DNA from: Mustelus asterias
Lineage: Eukaryota
Direction of reading: 5' to 3'
NCBI RefSeq assembly: GCF_964213995.1
Contig: NC_135818.1
Coordinates: forward strand, 64,356,001-64,420,000
DNA: 64,000 nucleotides
Shown: in pieces, positions 60,780 through 64,000 of the stretch
Position numbering within the stretch: position 1 is the first letter of the stretch
Layout of the letters: every line of letters begins with the position of its first letter
Program-made: the position numbers and the translations under genes
Notes under the pieces: model-generated
Seen by the model: the letters and a program-made list of their open reading frames with translations, nothing else
What the model was told of the DNA's origin: nothing
Database searches by the model: none

Positions 60780-63700
60780 TGATTGAATTTTACATGCAGT
60801 TTGAGAGAGAAGAGTGAGGCCAAGACTATAATTTTAAACTTAAATAAGGGCAAGAAAGCAGAGCTAGAGTGAACTGGAAAATGTGCTTTAAAGATAGATC
60901 AATAGAGGCTCAGTAACAAGATACTTAAGGAATATTTCAAATATACAGAATAAACACATTCCAACGAGAAAGAAAATTCTAAGGGGAAGACGTATCATCC
61001 ATGGTTAACTAAAAAAGTTAAAGACAGCATTAAACTTAGTAAGTATATATTTGTGCAATAAATGGCAGGTGAAATAAATGCAAAAATAAATACAACAAGT
61101 GGCAGGTCAAAAGATTGGGCAGAATATGAAGATCAAAGAATGACAAAAAAATTGGGAAAAATTAGAAGCTATCTAGTAATATGAAGAGTGTTTGATAGAT
61201 ATCTAAATAGGAGTTAACAAAGTGAGTGTTGGTCCGATGGTGTGTGTCTAGGGAATTGATAACAGAAAGCAGAGCTATGGCAGATAAATTAAACAGGTAT
61301 TTTGCATCATTCTTCACTATAAATGACACAAGTAACATCCCAAATTGTTGGGTCGGTGAGCTGACAAATCCCTAGGTACAGATGGACTTCACCCCAAGGT
61401 CTTGAAAGAAGTGAAAGAAGCTACTTAAGAGGGAAATCAGGAGGGCTAAAAGAAGACATGAGGTTGCTTTGGCAGACAGAGTGAAGGAAAATCCAAAGAG
61501 CTTCTCTAGGTATGTTAGGAGCAAAAGGATAGTGAGGGATAAAATTGTCCTCTTGAAGACCAGAGTGGTAGACTGTGTATGGAACCAAAAGAGATGGGGG
61601 AGATACTAAATGGTTTTTTTGCATCCGTATTTACTGAGGAAACGGGCATGGAGTCTACAGAAATAGGGCAAACTGGTAGGGAGGTCATGGAACCTTTACA
61701 GATTAAAGGGGAGGAGGTGCTTGCTGTCTTGAGGCAAATCAGAGTGGATAAATCCCAGGACCGGACAGGGTATTCCCACGGACCTTGAGGGAAGCTAGTG
61801 TTGAACTTGCAGGGGCCCTGGCAGACATATTTAAAATGTCAGTATTCACGGGGAAGGTGCCGGATGATTGGAGGGTGGCTCATGTTGTTCCGTTGTTTAA
61901 AAAAGGTTCCAAAAGAAATCCGGGAAATTATAGGCTGGTAAGTTTGACGTCGGTGGTGGGCAAGTTATTGGAAGGTGTGATAAGGGATAGGATCTACAAA
62001 TATTTGGATAGACAGGGACTTATTAGGGAGAGTCAACATGGCTTTGTGTGTGGTAGGTCATGTTTGACCAATCTATTAGAGTTTTTCGAGGAGGTTACCA
62101 GGAAAGTGGATGAAGGGAAGGTGGTGGATGTTGTCTACCTGGATTTCGGCAAGGCCTTTGACATGGTCCCTCATGGGAGGTTAGTTAGGAAGGTTTAGTC
62201 GCTAGGTATACATGGGGAGGTAGTAAATTGGATTAAACACTGGCTCAATGGAAGAAGCCAGAGAGTGGTTGTGGAGGATTGCTTCTCTGAGTGGAGGCCT
62301 GTGACTAGTGGTGTGCCACAGGGATCGGTGTTGGGTCCATTGTTGTTTGTCATCTATATCAATGATCTGGATGATAATGTGGTAAATTGAATCAGCAAGT
62401 TTGCTGATGGTACAAAGATTGGAGGTGTAGTGGACAGTGAGGAAGGTTTTCAAAGCTTGCAGAGGGATTTGGACCAACTAGAAAAATGGGCTCAAAAATG
62501 GCAAATGGAATTTAACGCAGACAAGTGTGAGATATTGCACTTTGGAAGGACAAACCAAAGAAGAACGTACAGGGTAAATGGTAGGACTCTGAAGAGTGCA
62601 GTTGAACAGAAGGATCTGGGAATACAGGTACAGAATTCCCTAAAAGTGATGTCACAGGTGGATAGGGTCGTAAAGAGTGCCTTTGGTACATTTATAAATC
62701 GGAGTATCGAGTATAAAAGTTGGAGTGTTATGGTAAGGTTATATAAGGCATTGGTGAGGCCAAATTTGGAGTATTGTGTACAGTTTTGGTCAGCTAGTTA
62801 CAGGAAGGATGTAAATAAGGTTGAAAGAGTGCAGAGAAGGTTCACAAGGATGTTGCCGGGACTTGAGAAGCTGAGTTACAGAGAGAAATTGAATAGGTTG
62901 GGACTTTATTCCCTGGAGCGTAGATTGAGGGGAGATTTGATAGAGGTGTATAAGATTTTGATGGGTATAGATAGAGTGATGCAAGCAGGCTTTTTCCGCT
63001 GAGGCTAGGGGAGAAAAAAACCAGAGGGCATGGGTTAAGGGTGAAAGGAGAAAAGTTTAAAGGGAATATTAGGGAGGGGCTTCTTCACGCAGAGTGGTGG
63101 GAGTGTGGAATGAGCTGCCGGATAAAGTGGTAAATGCGGGGTCACTTTTAACATTTAAGAAAAACTTGGACGGGTTCATGGATGAGAGGGGTGTGGAGGG
63201 ATATGGTCCAAGTGCAGGTCAGTGGAACTAGGCAAAAAATGGTTCGGCACAGACAAGAAGGGCCAAAAGGCCTGTTTCTGAGCTGTAATTTTCTATGCTT
63301 CTATGGTTCTAAGTGGCTAACAAGATAGTTGATGCATTGGTTTAAATTCCCTCGATTGAAGAAGGTTCAATTAGATTGGAAGAGAGCAAATGTAACTAAC
63401 TCCTTTATTCAAAAAAGGAGAGAGAAAGCAGGAAACTACAAGCCACATCTGTCACAGGGAAAATGTTAGCTGTTCATAAAGATGTCGCAGCAGGGCACGT
63501 GGGAAAATTCAAGGCAAAGTCAACATGGCTTTTTGAAAGGGAAATCATTGTAATCAATGTGCTGTGGATAAAAGGCAACCATTATTAAACCTCATGGTGT
63601 AGAGGGTGACATATTGTTACAAAAGTTGGATAATCAACAGGAAACAGTTGACATGTTTTTTTTTCAAGCAAGCAGGATGTAATGAGTGGTGTGCCACAGG

Positions 63701-64000
63701 AAACAGTTAGGGCATTAAACTTTTACAATTTGTAAGAATGATTTGGATGAAAGGGACTGAAGGTATGGTTGCTAAATTTGCTGATGACACAAAGGAAAGT
63801 AAATTGTGAAGAGGACACAAGGAGGTGACAAAAGGACATAGACAGGTTAAATGAGTGGGCAAAAAAATCTGGCAAATGGAGTATAATGTGGACAAATGGG
63901 AAATTGTCTATTTTGGCAGGAAGAATAAATAAAAATCTAAATAAGATTGCAGAGGAATCTGGTCATCTTGCATGTATCACTAAAAGCTAGAAAAGAATGA
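60780..64000 (+). mobile_element. Old CR1 LINE (60780-61415, 63310-64000) with a nested younger CR1 (about 61420-63310)
   Basis: The inner copy has RT motifs ([41 protein letters not shown]) and a TTCTATG tail near 63290-63310. The outer copy is heavily decayed but continues across the insertion. Confidence 0.88.

Overview
Repeat-rich vertebrate genomic DNA, very probably from a shark or other cartilaginous fish (inferred from HE1/V-SINE-like and SacSINE-like SINEs and from CR1, Rex1 and Penelope families). Four intron-containing genes could be rebuilt exon by exon with consistent splice phases. FANCM is on the minus strand, with only coding exons 1-4 in the window. A complete alpha-1-antitrypsin-like clade A serpin is on the plus strand (419 aa, P1-P1' Met-Ser). 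FKBP3 is on the plus strand (7 exons, 224 aa, last intron U12-type), and FAU/ubiquitin-like-RPS30 is on the minus strand (133 aa). The most notable observations are these. (i) Penelope-like retroelement termini carry minimal hammerhead ribozyme motifs with compensatory base changes between copies, including TSD-flanked palindromic mini-elements of 220-270 bp. (ii) A serpin gene with a duplicated HNF1/FOXA-type cassette sits between FANCM and FKBP3, which are head-to-head neighbours in human. (iii) Each of the three housekeeping CpG promoters abuts its own tandem-repeat array. (iv) There are several short local duplications and a 34-nt templated insertion. All family names come from motif recognition, not database searches.
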